Part shown: in pieces, positions 1 to 9,483 of the stretch | Layout of the letters: each line of letters starts with the position of its first letter | How positions within the stretch are numbered: position 1 is the first letter of the stretch | From: Candidatus Eiseniibacteriota bacterium | GTDB taxonomy: Bacteria; Eisenbacteria; RBG-16-71-46 | Assembly (NCBI GenBank): GCA_041184705.1 | Contig: JBEGJG010000021.1 | Coordinates: 1 to 35,482 of the forward strand | Length of the DNA stretch: 35,482 bases | Direction of reading: 5' to 3' | Made by a program: the position numbers and the translations under genes | Notes under the pieces: model-generated | What the model saw: only the letters and a program-made list of their open reading frames with translations | Databases searched by the model: none | What the model was told of the DNA's origin: nothing

Positions 1-217
1 GAGGGACTCGATCGCGAGCGTTCGCGAGTCGGGATGCGACCGCTCACCCCTCCGCGTCGTGCAGGACGGCGCGATCGCACGCCACACCATGGTCGGGCCT
101 TCGCGCACGACCCGCGACGCGATCGGGACGGCTCGTTGCGATGGGACGGGGGGCACCCGCAGGCGACGCGACGCGCGACGACACCGCACCCCCGCGCGTC
201 GGGAACGGGACGGCTCA

Positions 218-239
218 CGCACCCGGGGGTCCGGGCGCG
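218..239 (-). terminator. candidate stem-loop 5 nt downstream of the response-regulator stop
   Basis: Minus-strand RNA reads CGCGCCCGG-ACCC-CCGGGUGCG: a 9-bp stem (one G.U) with a 4-nt loop. Only a weak U content follows, so function is uncertain. Confidence 0.3.
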
Positions 240-244
240 AGGCG

Positions 245-1645
245 TCAGGCGCGCTCGACCACCCGCTCCGCCGTGTCCTCGATCCGCAGACGACGCAGCT
301 TCTCGATGAGGCCCTGGCGCGAGATGCCCAGGATGCGCGCCGCCCGACTCTTGTTGCCCGAGGTGAGGCGCAGCACCTCGTTGATGTGGTCCATCTCGAT
401 CTGCGCCAGCGTGGGCAGGTCGAGGGCGTCCCTCACCACGGCGGCCGCGGCCGGAGCGGCTGCGGTGCGGCGCCCGAGGATCTCGGGCGGCAGGTGCTCG
501 GCGTCCAGCTGCTCCCCCTCCTCGAGCAGCACCACGCGCTCCACGATGTTCCGCAGCTCGCGCACGTTGCCCGGCCAGGGGTAGGACTCGAGCAGGCGCA
601 CCGCGTCGGGGGTCAGGTCGGCGAACCCCTTCTGGAACTTGCGGGAGAACTCACGCGTGAAGTGCCGGGCCAGCAGCGCCACGTCCCCCGGACGGGTGCG
701 CAGCGGCGGCAGCATGATGCTCACCACCTTGAGGCGGAAGTAGAGGTCGCTGCGGAACCGCCCGAGCCGCACCTCCTCCTCGAGGTTCTTGTTGGTGGCC
801 GCCACGATGCGGATGTCCACCGAGATGTCGGCCGCGCCACCGACCCGCTTGAAGTTGCGGTGGTCGATGAACCTCAGCAGCTTGGCCTGCGTGGGCAGGG
901 GCATGTCGGCCAACTCGTCGAGGAACAGGGTGCCGCCGTCGCACAGCTCGACCAGACCCTTCTTGGTGTCGGTCGCGTCGGTGTAGGCGCCCTTCTCGTG
1001 GCCGAACAGCTCGTTCTCGAGCAGCGCCTCCTGGAACGACGAGCAGTTCACCTCCATGAGAGGGGCCTGCGCGCGATCGCTGCGGTAGTGGATGGCGCGG
1101 GCGACCAATTCCTTACCGGTCCCGCTCTCCCCCGTGATGAGCACGCTGGTGGCCTTGCTGCGCACCAGCTTGTCGATGAGCCCGCGGACCTGCTGCATGG
1201 GGGCGGACTGACCGATGATCTCCTCGCCCGAGTAGTGCTCCCAGGCCTGCCGCCGGCGCAGGTCGAGCTCGCTCGCCTGCCGGAAGGTGCGCGCCGCGGA
1301 CTCGACCGCGAGCACGATGTCCTCCATCTCGTACGGCTTGCGCAGGAAGTCGCAGGCCCCGAGCTTCATGGCCTCGACCGCGGCCTGCACGTCGCCGTAG
1401 GCGGTGATGATGATGACCTGCAGGAGCGGGTCGAGCGAGCGCGCCTTGCGCAGCACGCTGAGCCCGTCGGTGTCGGGCAGGCGCATGTCGAGGATCATGA
1501 CCTGCGGCCGCAGCGCCCCCACCTTCTCCAACCCCTCGGCCCCGGTGCTCGCCACGTCCACGGTGTAGCTGTGGGAGCGCAGCACCTTGCCCAGGGACTT
1601 CCGGATCAGGAGCTCGTCGTCCACCACCAGCACGGAGGTGCGCAC
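245..1645 (-). CDS. sigma54-dependent response regulator (NtrC family: REC + AAA+ + Fis-type HTH)
   Basis: Track ORF 245..1717. REC domain (VLVVDDE ... DMRLPDTDG ... K in LRKP). AAA+ sigma54-interaction domain with Walker A GESGTGKE and a GAFTGA-type loop (ELFGHEKGAYTDA). C-terminal HTH (SGNKSRAARILGISRQGL). Start moved to in-frame GTG 1645, in the context GGAGGAG-TGA-CCCC-GTG, so the SD lies inside the end of the kinase gene. Confidence 0.9.
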   Translation of the reverse strand: MRTSVLVVDDELLIRKSLGKVLRSHSYTVDVASTGAEGLEKVGALRPQVMILDMRLPDTDGLSVLRKARSLDPLLQVIIITAYGDVQAAVEAMKLGACDFLRKPYEMEDIVLAVESAARTFRQASELDLRRRQAWEHYSGEEIIGQSAPMQQVRGLIDKLVRSKATSVLITGESGTGKELVARAIHYRSDRAQAPLMEVNCSSFQEALLENELFGHEKGAYTDATDTKKGLVELCDGGTLFLDELADMPLPTQAKLLRFIDHRNFKRVGGAADISVDIRIVAATNKNLEEEVRLGRFRSDLYFRLKVVSIMLPPLRTRPGDVALLARHFTREFSRKFQKGFADLTPDAVRLLESYPWPGNVRELRNIVERVVLLEEGEQLDAEHLPPEILGRRTAAAPAAAAVVRDALDLPTLAQIEMDHINEVLRLTSGNKSRAARILGISRQGLIEKLRRLRIEDTAERVVERA

Positions 1646-1649
1646 GGGG

Positions 1650-2819
1650 TCACTCCTCCGGTCGGCCCGGCGGCTCGGCCGGGACGGGCAGGGAGACGCG
1701 CAGCGTGGCACCACCACCGGCGTTGTTCTTGGCGGTGATCACCCCGCCCGCGTCGCGCACGATCTGGACCGAGATGGGCAGGCCGAGCCCGGTACCCATG
1801 CTGCGGGTGGTGAAGAACGGGTCGAAGATGCGCGCCATGAGGTCGCGCGGGATCCCCACGCCGCTGTCGGTGACGCTCACGTCCACCAGCGAGCGGCGGG
1901 TGCGGTAGCGCCGCACCCCGGTCGTGATGGCGAGCTCGCCACCCTCGGGCATGGCCTGGATGGCGTTCAGGCACAGGTTGAGGAACACCTGCTGGAGCAG
2001 GTCGGGGTCGGCGATGACGAGCGGCAGCTCGGGCTCGAACTCGCGCGTGACGCGCACCTGCGCGTCGCGCAGCTGGATGTCGAGCAGGTCGAGCGTGCGG
2101 GCGAGCACCTGGTGCAGGTCGCACGGCTGCGAGCGTGCCTGCGGCGGGCGCGCGAACATGAGCAGGCCGGTGATGATCTGCTCGATGCGGTCGAGCTCGC
2201 GGATGACGTCGTCGAGGTCCTCGCGGCGCGCATCGGCCGGCTTGAACTTGGAGGCCACGAACTGGATGGTGGTGCGGATGCCGGTGAGCGGGTTGCGGAT
2301 CTCGTGCGCCACGTAGGCCGACAGCTCACCCAGCGACACCAGACGGTCGATCTTCTTCTGGAACTCGCCGTCCTCGGTCTCGGAGATGGCCTCGGCCACG
2401 ATGACCGAGCCGGCCACCTCGCCGTCCTCGTCGCGCATCGGCACCGACTCGCCGCGCAGCGTGAGGTCGCGGTCGCCGCTCTCGATGCGGAAGTCGCGCG
2501 ACTCGCGCGAGGCCCCCTTGAGCCAGCGGGCGTCGGCCCCCGGGAACACGCGGTTGCCCGGCATGGACAGCAGCGCGCCGGACTCGACGCCGAGCAGCTC
2601 CTCGATGCGCCGGTTCGCGTACGTCACGCGCCGCTCGCGATCGAGCGCCACGACGCCCATCTCGAGCGTGTCGAGCACGAGCGAGGACAACGCCCCGGGG
2701 GGCGCGGTGACCTCGGCGTCGGCTGGACGTGGGGCGATCTCGGTGCGCACGGTGCGGTCCCTCGCGGAGGTTCGGCCGGACCGCGCTCGCGGCACCCCCG
2801 GGGGGCGCGCGACGGCCAT
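1650..2819 (-). CDS. soluble PAS-domain sensor histidine kinase (HisKA + HATPase_c)
   Basis: Track ORF 1650..2888. PAS-like region (LDTLEMGVVALDRERRVTYANRRIEELLG). H-box YVAHEIRNPLTGI, N-box NLCLNAIQA, G-boxes DSGVGIP and GTGLGL. No TM segment seen. Start placed at ATG 2819; the longer start at 2888 is possible. Confidence 0.85.
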   Translation of the reverse strand: MAVARPPGVPRARSGRTSARDRTVRTEIAPRPADAEVTAPPGALSSLVLDTLEMGVVALDRERRVTYANRRIEELLGVESGALLSMPGNRVFPGADARWLKGASRESRDFRIESGDRDLTLRGESVPMRDEDGEVAGSVIVAEAISETEDGEFQKKIDRLVSLGELSAYVAHEIRNPLTGIRTTIQFVASKFKPADARREDLDDVIRELDRIEQIITGLLMFARPPQARSQPCDLHQVLARTLDLLDIQLRDAQVRVTREFEPELPLVIADPDLLQQVFLNLCLNAIQAMPEGGELAITTGVRRYRTRRSLVDVSVTDSGVGIPRDLMARIFDPFFTTRSMGTGLGLPISVQIVRDAGGVITAKNNAGGGATLRVSLPVPAEPPGRPEE

Positions 2820-2931
2820 GGCCTCGTTCCTGCATGGGTAGCACACGCGCACGTGTACCCGCAATGCCCGAGTGCGTTCGAGGCGCATCCTGACGCGCGC
2901 TGCGAAGCCCTTCCCACGCGCGGCGCCGCGG

Positions 2932-2961
2932 TTGTGCCGGTGCGCGAGCCGCTGCTAGACT
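2932..2961 (+). promoter_or_regulatory. putative sigma70-type promoter of the ppiD-like gene
   Basis: TTGTGC (2932-2937), 18-nt spacer, TAGACT (2956-2961), about 55 nt upstream of ATG 3017. The same TAGACT -10 hexamer recurs at the folB-operon promoter candidate. Confidence 0.3.
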
Positions 2962-3016
2962 CGTCCCCCATTCCGCATCCCTCGTCACCCGATCAACCGC
3001 ACACCCGGGAGTCCCG

Positions 3017-4876
3017 ATGCTCGGTTACCTGCGGTCCGGCAACAAGCGGACCAAGACCATCTGGTGGGCGCTCATCGTGCTCACCGTCGCCTCGTTCGTC
3101 GGCGGGTTCATCTTCCTCGCCGGGGTGGGCAGCGACGCCCCCTCTCGTGCGCGCCTGCAGGGCGACGTCGGCAGCGTCAACGGCGAGGTCGTGTCCGTCG
3201 AGCAGTGGCAGATGGCGCTCGCCGACCAGCGCATGGCCTACCGCCAGCGCTTCGGCACCGAGCCCCAGGATCGCGACCTCAAGGCGGTCGAGCAGCAGGC
3301 GTGGCGCTCGCTCATCAACGAGCGCATGGTCGCCCAGCAGGCCGCGGCCGCGGGACTCGAGGCCACGGACAGCGAGGTGCTCATCGGGATGCGCACCAAC
3401 CCGCCGGCCATCCTGCTCGCGCAGCCCAGCTTCCAGACCGACGGTCAGTTCGACGTGACCAAGTACCAGCAGGCGCTCGCCAGCCCGAGCCCCGAGCTGG
3501 CGCCGTTCTGGGCCCAGTTCGAGGCCCAGCTGCGCAAGCAGATCCCGGTGCGCAAGTACCAGGAGCGCCTCATGGCGTCGCTCAAGCTCTCCGAGCCCGA
3601 GCTCAAGCAGGAGTTCCACCAGCGCTACGACCGCGCCGCGGCGACGCTGGTCGTCGTGCCGCCCGCCGACACGGGCAGCTCGGCCGGGGACGAGGCCACG
3701 CTCAAGCGCATCTACGAGGACTACCGCACGCGCATGGCCGCCGGCGCGCGCACGCAGCTCGAGGTGCTGGTGCTCCCCAAGAAGTACGGCCCCGAGGAGA
3801 CGCAGGCCGCCATGGACCTGGCGCGCAGCCTGTTCGAGCGCGCGCAGCGCGGTGAGGACTTCGCGCAGCTCGCCCGCGACCACTCCGAGGGCCCGAACGC
3901 CGAGAAGGGTGGCGTGATCGACCGCTGGGTGATGCCGTCCGAACTCGGCAGCATGATCGGGGCCGCGCTCGCGGTGAAGAAGCCCGGCGAGGTCATCGAG
4001 CCCGTGCAGGAGGGCAGCCGCGTGCTGCTCATCAAGCGCCTCGACCCCGCCGCCGACACGTCGGCCGCCAAGACCCCGCCCCCGGGCCCCGGCGCCGTGC
4101 GCCTGGCCCAGATCGTCATCAAGGTGCGCCCGTCGGCCGAGGCCATGCAGGCGCAGGCCAAGGACGCCGAGGCGCTCATGAAGCGCGCGCGCGCCCTCAA
4201 GAGCCTGTCGAAGGCGGCGACCGAGAAGGGTCTCTCCACCTTCAAGACCGGCTTCTACGACCAGAACAACGCCCCGCCGCAGCTGTTCGCGATGCCCGAG
4301 GCCGCGGACTGGGGTCTCTCGGCCAAGCAGGACGAGGTCGGCCCGGTGTTCGAGAGCGGCGACGAGTACGCGCTCGCGCAGTGCGTGCTGCAGCACAAGG
4401 CCGGCCCCCCGACGCGCGCCGAGATGGGCGAGCAGCTCAAGATGATCGCCGACGCCGAGGCTCGCGTGGACGCCACCAAGGCGCGCGCCGACGCGCTCGT
4501 GACCGCCCTCAAGGGTGGCCAGTCGCTCGAGGCCGCCGCGACCGCCGCGGGTCTGCAGGTGTTCCCGATCCAGACCACGCGCGCCCAGCCCGACCCGCGC
4601 CTCGCGGGCTCGCCGGAGCTGCTCGGCATGCTGTACTCGGCCCCCGCGGGCAAGGTGATCGGTCCCATCCGCACCACGCAGGGCTGGCTGTTCGCCCGCG
4701 CGGAGGGCGTGACCGCCGCCTCGGACAGCACGCTCAACGACGCGCTCAAGGGGCAGATCACGCAGGAGGTGCTGAGCCGCCGTCAGCGTGGCGTGTTCGA
4801 GCGCATGCTCGAGAAGATGCGCGGGACGTCGCGCATCTCGGACCTCCGCAGTTCGATGGGCGTCTCGGGGCTCTGA
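3017..4876 (+). CDS. ppiD: periplasmic chaperone / peptidyl-prolyl isomerase, PpiD-like (signal anchor + SurA_N-like + parvulin-like)
   Basis: 619-aa ORF. N-terminal membrane anchor IWWALIVLTVASFVGGFIFLAGV, a long helical chaperone region, and one parvulin-like segment (EDFAQLARDHSEGPNAEKGGVIDRWV ... PGEVIEPVQEGSRVLLIKR). GGGAG sits 5 nt upstream of the ATG. Confidence 0.75.
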   Translation: MLGYLRSGNKRTKTIWWALIVLTVASFVGGFIFLAGVGSDAPSRARLQGDVGSVNGEVVSVEQWQMALADQRMAYRQRFGTEPQDRDLKAVEQQAWRSLINERMVAQQAAAAGLEATDSEVLIGMRTNPPAILLAQPSFQTDGQFDVTKYQQALASPSPELAPFWAQFEAQLRKQIPVRKYQERLMASLKLSEPELKQEFHQRYDRAAATLVVVPPADTGSSAGDEATLKRIYEDYRTRMAAGARTQLEVLVLPKKYGPEETQAAMDLARSLFERAQRGEDFAQLARDHSEGPNAEKGGVIDRWVMPSELGSMIGAALAVKKPGEVIEPVQEGSRVLLIKRLDPAADTSAAKTPPPGPGAVRLAQIVIKVRPSAEAMQAQAKDAEALMKRARALKSLSKAATEKGLSTFKTGFYDQNNAPPQLFAMPEAADWGLSAKQDEVGPVFESGDEYALAQCVLQHKAGPPTRAEMGEQLKMIADAEARVDATKARADALVTALKGGQSLEAAATAAGLQVFPIQTTRAQPDPRLAGSPELLGMLYSAPAGKVIGPIRTTQGWLFARAEGVTAASDSTLNDALKGQITQEVLSRRQRGVFERMLEKMRGTSRISDLRSSMGVSGL

Positions 4877-4891
4877 CCCGAAGGAACGAAC

Positions 4892-4927
4892 GAGGCCCCC
4901 GGCGAGTGACCACTCGCCGGGGGCCTC
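4892..4927. terminator. strong bidirectional stem-loop between convergent ppiD-like and tatA
   Basis: GAGGCCCCCGGCGAGTG-AC-CACTCGCCGGGGGCCTC: a perfect 17-nt inverted repeat starting 16 nt after the ppiD-like stop. On the minus strand it is followed by GTTCGTTCCTT. Confidence 0.6.
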
Positions 4928-4978
4928 TCGCATATCCCCCTTCCCGCACCGCGCAAACGGAACGAGGGACCAAGCCAG

Positions 4979-5006
4979 CGGGGCGGCCCCGTGAGGGACC
5001 GCCCCG
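4979..5006 (-). terminator. second hairpin directly downstream of tatA
   Basis: CGGGGCGG - 12 nt - CCGCCCCG: an 8-bp perfect stem, 22 nt from the tatA stop codon. No clear U-tract. Confidence 0.3.
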
Positions 5007-5028
5007 TGGAGGTTCGGAACGCCGACCG

Positions 5029-5229
5029 TCACTCGGCCGACGACTTGTCCTTGTTCTTGGACGACGCGTGCGCCTCGTGCTCGAGCTCGTCGCCGATCTC
5101 GCGCTGCGCCTTCTTGAACTCGCGGATGGCCTGGCCGAAACCGCGCGCCATCTTGGGGATCTGGCTCGGACCGAAGAGCAACAGGATCACCAGCACGATG
5201 AGCATCACTTCCGTTCCGCCGAAATTCAC
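5029..5229 (-). CDS. tatA: twin-arginine translocase subunit TatA/E
   Basis: 66 aa. One TM helix followed by an amphipathic helix, with the hallmark LLLFGPSQIPKMARGFG. GTG start at 5229 preceded by GGAGGAA at 5-nt spacing. Confidence 0.9.
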   Translation of the reverse strand: MNFGGTEVMLIVLVILLLFGPSQIPKMARGFGQAIREFKKAQREIGDELEHEAHASSKNKDKSSAE

Positions 5230-5259
5230 GAGCTTCCTCCGAGTTTGAGGGCCCCGTCG

Positions 5260-5715
5260 TCAGGGGTCCAGCCGAAGCCGACTACGATCGCTTCCCACCA
5301 GTACCGAGACATCGGCCAATCCCGACGTCCACTCCTGACGCACGAGGGGGGCACCTCCCAGATAGTGCGACACTTCCCTCGCGAACGAAAGGTCGGACCG
5401 TCGCGCCACGATGAACGTTGCGAAATGATCGTTGCGATCCGCATTACGGACGTCCGTGACCTGGAATCCGCCCTCCCGCAGGTAGGCCGCGACGCGTGTT
5501 CCCACACCCGCCTCGCCCGACCCGTTCAGCACCTGCACGCGCACCACGCGACGGCCGCTGCGCCGCGCGCCGGGATCGCGCGCACCCACGAACGACCACA
5601 CCAGCGACACGGCGAGTGCTCCCACCGCGACGGCCAGCACCACGAACCCGACCCGGGCCAGCTTCCCGCCCTTAGCCACGACGGGTCCCCTTGCGGGTCG
5701 TGCGGCGGCGGGCAC
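5260..5715 (-). CDS. membrane-anchored LytR_C (LytR/CpsA/Psr C-terminal) domain protein
   Basis: N-terminal TM (VGFVVLAVAVGALAVSLVW), then VQVLNGSGEAGVGTRVAAYLREGGFQVTDVRNAD ... VSVLVGSD, the pattern I associate with LytR_C domains. Start is uncertain: GTG 5715 overlaps the HIT gene by 44 nt, and in-frame GTG 5679 overlaps it by 8 nt. Confidence 0.6.
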   Translation of the reverse strand: MPAAARPARGPVVAKGGKLARVGFVVLAVAVGALAVSLVWSFVGARDPGARRSGRRVVRVQVLNGSGEAGVGTRVAAYLREGGFQVTDVRNADRNDHFATFIVARRSDLSFAREVSHYLGGAPLVRQEWTSGLADVSVLVGSDRSRLRLDP

Positions 5716-6190
5716 GGCTCGCCTCCCCGCGCTCGAGTCGCGCGAGCGCGGTGCGCAGACGCGTCCACGTGTCGGCGAGCGACTCGGGCAGCACGCGGGT
5801 GTTCGCCACCGCGGGCATGAAGTTGGTGTCGCCGTTCCAGCGCGGCACGAGGTGCAGGTGCAGGTGCCCGGGGAAACCGGCGCCCGCCACCTTACCCACG
5901 TTGAGACCGTAGTTCACACCGTGCGGGGCGTACTCGGCCTCGAGCAGGTGCTCGGCCACCGCGGTCAGTTCGAGCAGGTCGGCGCGCTCCTCGGGCGACA
6001 GGTCGCGGAACTGCGCGGCGTGCCGGCGCACAGCCACCATGAGATGGGCGCTCGCGTAGGGGTAGCGGTTCAGCATGAGCACGGCGTGCGGACGACGCGC
6101 GAGCACGAGGTCCCGGCGATCGGCGGCGGCCGCCCCCACCCGGCAGAACAGGCAGCCCTGCGGGGCGTCGGCGCGCTTGAGCCAGCTCAT
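5672..6190 (-). CDS. HIT-family nucleotide hydrolase/transferase
   Basis: Track ORF 5672..6391. Histidine triad GHLHLHLVPRW, an upstream CLFC zinc-type motif, and NRYPY. Start set at ATG 6190 (MSWLKRAD...); the longer N-terminus is Arg/Ala-rich shadow sequence. Confidence 0.85.
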   Translation of the reverse strand: MSWLKRADAPQGCLFCRVGAAAADRRDLVLARRPHAVLMLNRYPYASAHLMVAVRRHAAQFRDLSPEERADLLELTAVAEHLLEAEYAPHGVNYGLNVGKVAGAGFPGHLHLHLVPRWNGDTNFMPAVANTRVLPESLADTWTRLRTALARLERGEASRARRRTTRKGTRRG

Positions 6191-6285
6191 GCGCCACGGC
6201 GCCCAGAGACGTGCCGGGCCCGAGGGCGTGGACGCGGTCGCGACCGCTCGGCGCGGACGACGCGCGGTCGTGCGACGAGCCGCGC

Positions 6286-7053
6286 TCAAGCCCCGTCCCC
6301 CGCCCGCATCGAGCGCCACACGCGCTCGGCCTCGGCCAACTGCTCGGGCGTGTTGATGCCCAGCAATTCCCGCGCATCCTCGGCGCACCACACCGCGGCC
6401 CGCGCCCCGCGCTCCTGCAGCAGCGACACGGTGTCGGTGAGGTAGTACTCGCCCTGCGAGTTGTTGGCGGTCAGCGACGACAGGATGCCCGAGAGCGCGG
6501 CGTGGTCGAACGCGTAGATGCCACTGTTGACCTCGTCGATCGCGCGCACCTCAGCGTCGGCGTCCTTCTCCTCGACGATGCGCTCGATGCCCTGCCCGTC
6601 GGCGGTGCGCACGATGCGCCCGTAGCCCTTGGGGTCGGCGAGCCGCATGGAGAGCACGGTGACCTGCGCGCCGGCGGCGGCGTGACGTTGGAGCAGCGCG
6701 TTCAACGTGACCGGCGAGAGCAGCGGCGTGTCGCCGCACACCACCAGCACGGTGCCGGTGAACCCGGCGATCGCGGGCTCGGCCATCATGCAGGCGTGGC
6801 CCGTCCCGCGCTGCTCGGCCTGCACCGCCCACTCCAAGGGACGATCGGCGAACGCCGCGCGCACGGCATCGCGCTGGTGGCCGACCACGACCACGGTGCG
6901 CGCCACGCCGAGCGTGTCGAGCGTGTCGAGAACGTGCCCGAGCAGCGGCTTGCCCGCCATGGGGTGCAGCACCTTGGCGAGGTCGCTGTTCATGCGCTTG
7001 CCCATACCGGCGGCGAGCACCACGGCGGCGGTATCGGGATGATGGAAGCTCAC
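6286..7053 (-). CDS. GlmU-like sugar-1-phosphate nucleotidyltransferase, N-terminal pyrophosphorylase domain only
   Basis: C-terminal 255 aa of track ORF 6286..7629. LAAGMGKRM nucleotide-binding signature, GDTPLL, EYYLTD. The protein ends after the Rossmann-like domain with no left-handed beta-helix acetyltransferase part. GTG start 7053 overlaps the panC stop as GTGA. Confidence 0.75.
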   Translation of the reverse strand: MSFHHPDTAAVVLAAGMGKRMNSDLAKVLHPMAGKPLLGHVLDTLDTLGVARTVVVVGHQRDAVRAAFADRPLEWAVQAEQRGTGHACMMAEPAIAGFTGTVLVVCGDTPLLSPVTLNALLQRHAAAGAQVTVLSMRLADPKGYGRIVRTADGQGIERIVEEKDADAEVRAIDEVNSGIYAFDHAALSGILSSLTANNSQGEYYLTDTVSLLQERGARAAVWCAEDARELLGINTPEQLAEAERVWRSMRAGDGA

Positions 7054-7934
7054 CGGCCCCTCCACGGCAGGTTGTCGATCAGGCGCGCCGGGCCCACACG
7101 GGCCGCGACCGCCACCAGGGCGGCCCCGCGCACGGTCCGCAGCGGGACGAGCGTGTCGGGGTCCACCACCACGATGTAATCCTCGTGCACGAGCGGGTAG
7201 CCCGCCCATTCGCGCCGGATCGCCGCCACCAGGCGCGACGAGCGCCGCTCGCCCTGACGCAGCAGCACGCGCGCGGCCGAGAGGCCCTGCGAAAGCGCGA
7301 CCGCCTGCTGGCGCTCGCTCGGTGACAGGTAGGCGTTGCGGCTCGACATGGCGAGCCCGTCGGGTTCGCGCACGGTGTCGCCGCGCAGGATGCGCACCGG
7401 CACCAGCAGATCGGCCGCCATGCGCTCCAGCACGAGCGCCTGCTGGGCGTCCTTCTGCCCCAACCACAGGTCGTCGGGCTGCACGGCGTTGAGCAGACGC
7501 ATGACCACGGTGCACACGCCGGTGTAGTGCCCGGGACGCGAGGCCCCCTCGAGCACGTCCGACAGCCCCGCCACGCTCACCCGCGTGCGATCGCCCGCCG
7601 GGTAGATGTCCTCGACGCGCGGCTCCCACAGCAGGTCCACACCTTCACGCGCCAGCAGGGCGCGGTCGCGCGAGGCGGGCCGCGGGTACTTGGTGAAGTC
7701 CTCCTTCGGCCCGAACTGCAGCGGGTTCACGAAGATGCTCACCACCACACGGTCGGCACGGCGACGTGCCGAGCGCACCAGCGACAGGTGCCCGTCGTGC
7801 AGCGCCCCCATGGTGGGCACGAACGCGACGCGTTCGCCGCGCGCACGCATGCGCTCCAGCGCGGAACGCAACTGCGGGACGGTGCGCACTCGGGCAAGGC
7901 GCTTCCGTGCGCTCGGGACCCGGCGTGCGGCCAT
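7050..7934 (-). CDS. panC: pantoate--beta-alanine ligase
   Basis: PTMGALHDGHLSLV (HIGH-like) and VSIFVNPLQFGPKEDF motifs. ATG 7934 overlaps the panB stop as TGATG; a TTG one codon upstream is also possible. Confidence 0.92.
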   Translation of the reverse strand: MAARRVPSARKRLARVRTVPQLRSALERMRARGERVAFVPTMGALHDGHLSLVRSARRRADRVVVSIFVNPLQFGPKEDFTKYPRPASRDRALLAREGVDLLWEPRVEDIYPAGDRTRVSVAGLSDVLEGASRPGHYTGVCTVVMRLLNAVQPDDLWLGQKDAQQALVLERMAADLLVPVRILRGDTVREPDGLAMSSRNAYLSPSERQQAVALSQGLSAARVLLRQGERRSSRLVAAIRREWAGYPLVHEDYIVVVDPDTLVPLRTVRGAALVAVAARVGPARLIDNLPWRGR

Positions 7935-8770
7935 CAATAACTCTCCGCGTCCGACGGGAACCGGCGCTCCTTCACGTCGGCGACGTAGCGCGCGTAGGCG
8001 TCGCGCATGACGTCCCCGACCTCGGCGTACCGCCGCACGAACTTCGGCGTACGACCGTGGAACAGCCCCATGAGGTCGTGCGAGACGAGCACCTGCCCGT
8101 CGCAGTGCACCCCGGCCCCGATGCCGATCGTGGGCACGTGCAGCTCGCGCGAGACCACGCCGCCGAGCTTGGCAGGGATCCCCTCGAGCACGATGGCGAA
8201 GCAGCCCGCGGCCTCGAGGGCGCGGGCGTCGGCGATGAGGCGCTCCTGATCGGCCTCGCCGCGGGCCTGCACCTTGTAGCCCCCGAACGCCAGCACCGAC
8301 TGGGGCGTGAGTCCGAGGTGGCCCATCACCGGGATGCCGGCCTCGACGATGCGTCGCGCGGCCTCGACCACGCGCGCCCCCCCTTCGAGCTTCACGGCGT
8401 CGGCGCCACCCTCCTGCACGAGACGACCGGCGTTGGTCACGGCCTGCTCGGGGCTCACCTGATAGCTCATGAACGGCATGTCGCCCACCACCATGGCCGA
8501 CGTGCGCGCACGCGCCACCGCCTTGGTGTGGTGCAGCATGTCGTCCATGGTGACCGGCAGCGTGCTGTCGTAGCCGAGCATCACGGTTCCGACCGAATCC
8601 CCGACCAGCAGGATCTCGACTCCGGCCTGGTCGGCGAGGCGCGCGGTCGGGAAGTCGTACGCGGTGACGACCGTGATCGGCTCACCCTTGCGCTTCAGCG
8701 CCACGACCGCCGGAGCGGTCACGCGGGCGCGCGCCCCCGTCGTGGAGGCCAGCTTGGGGTCGCTGTTCAC
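7934..8770 (-). CDS. panB: 3-methyl-2-oxobutanoate hydroxymethyltransferase
   Basis: C-terminal 278 aa of track ORF 7934..9082. TAYDFPTARL, LLVGDSVGTVMLGY, GDMPFMSY, GIGAG. GTG 8770 overlaps the upstream stop as GTGA. Confidence 0.92.
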   Translation of the reverse strand: MNSDPKLASTTGARARVTAPAVVALKRKGEPITVVTAYDFPTARLADQAGVEILLVGDSVGTVMLGYDSTLPVTMDDMLHHTKAVARARTSAMVVGDMPFMSYQVSPEQAVTNAGRLVQEGGADAVKLEGGARVVEAARRIVEAGIPVMGHLGLTPQSVLAFGGYKVQARGEADQERLIADARALEAAGCFAIVLEGIPAKLGGVVSRELHVPTIGIGAGVHCDGQVLVSHDLMGLFHGRTPKFVRRYAEVGDVMRDAYARYVADVKERRFPSDAESY

Positions 8771-9423
8771 GCGGGACCGCCTTTCTCGAGGGGCGTGTAG
8801 TAGAGCGTGCCCTGACGGTGCGACAGGATGCGCTTGAGCAGGTCCTCGAAGTCGTCGGGCTGGTGCACGAAGTCGATGTTGTTCGTGTTCACGACCAGCA
8901 GCGGCGAATCGTGGTAGTGGAAGAAGTAGTGGTTGTAGGCCTGGTTCAGACGCTCGATGTACTCGCGCTCCATGTCGCGCTCGAACGACCGGTTGCGATG
9001 ATGGATGCGCTCGAGCAGCGTGTCGGTGCTGGCCTGCAGGTACACGACCACGTCGGGCTTCACCACATCCAGTTCGAGCCAACCCACGAGTCGCTCGTAG
9101 AGCGCCATCTCCTGATCCTCGAGGTTGAGGCTCGCGAAGATGCGGTCCTTCTGGAACAGGTAGTCCGCGACCAGCTTGTCGCTGAAGAGGTCGGTCTGTC
9201 GCAGACCGCGCTGCTGCTGGTAGCGGCTGAACAGGAAGTGCATCTGGGTCTGGAACGCGTAGCGCGTGCGGTCGCGGTAGAAGTCCTTGAGGAACGGGTT
9301 CTCCTCGACCTCCTCGAGCACCAGTCGCGCCGAGAGACGCTCCGAGAGCAGGCGCGACAGGCTGGTCTTGCCCGCGCCGATCACGCCCTCGATGGCGAGG
9401 TAGCGGTTCTCGCCGACGCTCAC
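8767..9423 (-). CDS. deoxynucleoside kinase (dNK/dAK-dGK family)
   Basis: 218 aa. P-loop IEGVIGAGKTS, ENPFLKDFYRD ... AFQTQMHFL, and the LID-like HHRNRSFERD. GTG start. Confidence 0.8.
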   Translation of the reverse strand: MSVGENRYLAIEGVIGAGKTSLSRLLSERLSARLVLEEVEENPFLKDFYRDRTRYAFQTQMHFLFSRYQQQRGLRQTDLFSDKLVADYLFQKDRIFASLNLEDQEMALYERLVGWLELDVVKPDVVVYLQASTDTLLERIHHRNRSFERDMEREYIERLNQAYNHYFFHYHDSPLLVVNTNNIDFVHQPDDFEDLLKRILSHRQGTLYYTPLEKGGPA

Positions 9424-9483
9424 GCTCGCCCCCTCACCGCCGTCCCGTACCGTCCGTCCATGGACGCCATCCTCAGGGCCGCG

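Noticed and set aside
59-1738. 559-aa plus-strand ORF (plus 34..309 and 141..584) covering the response-regulator locus
   Set aside because: It is antisense to a gene with unmistakable REC/AAA+/HTH motifs. The translation is Arg/Gly/His/Ala-rich low-complexity sequence with no recognisable domain. This is a typical GC-rich shadow ORF.
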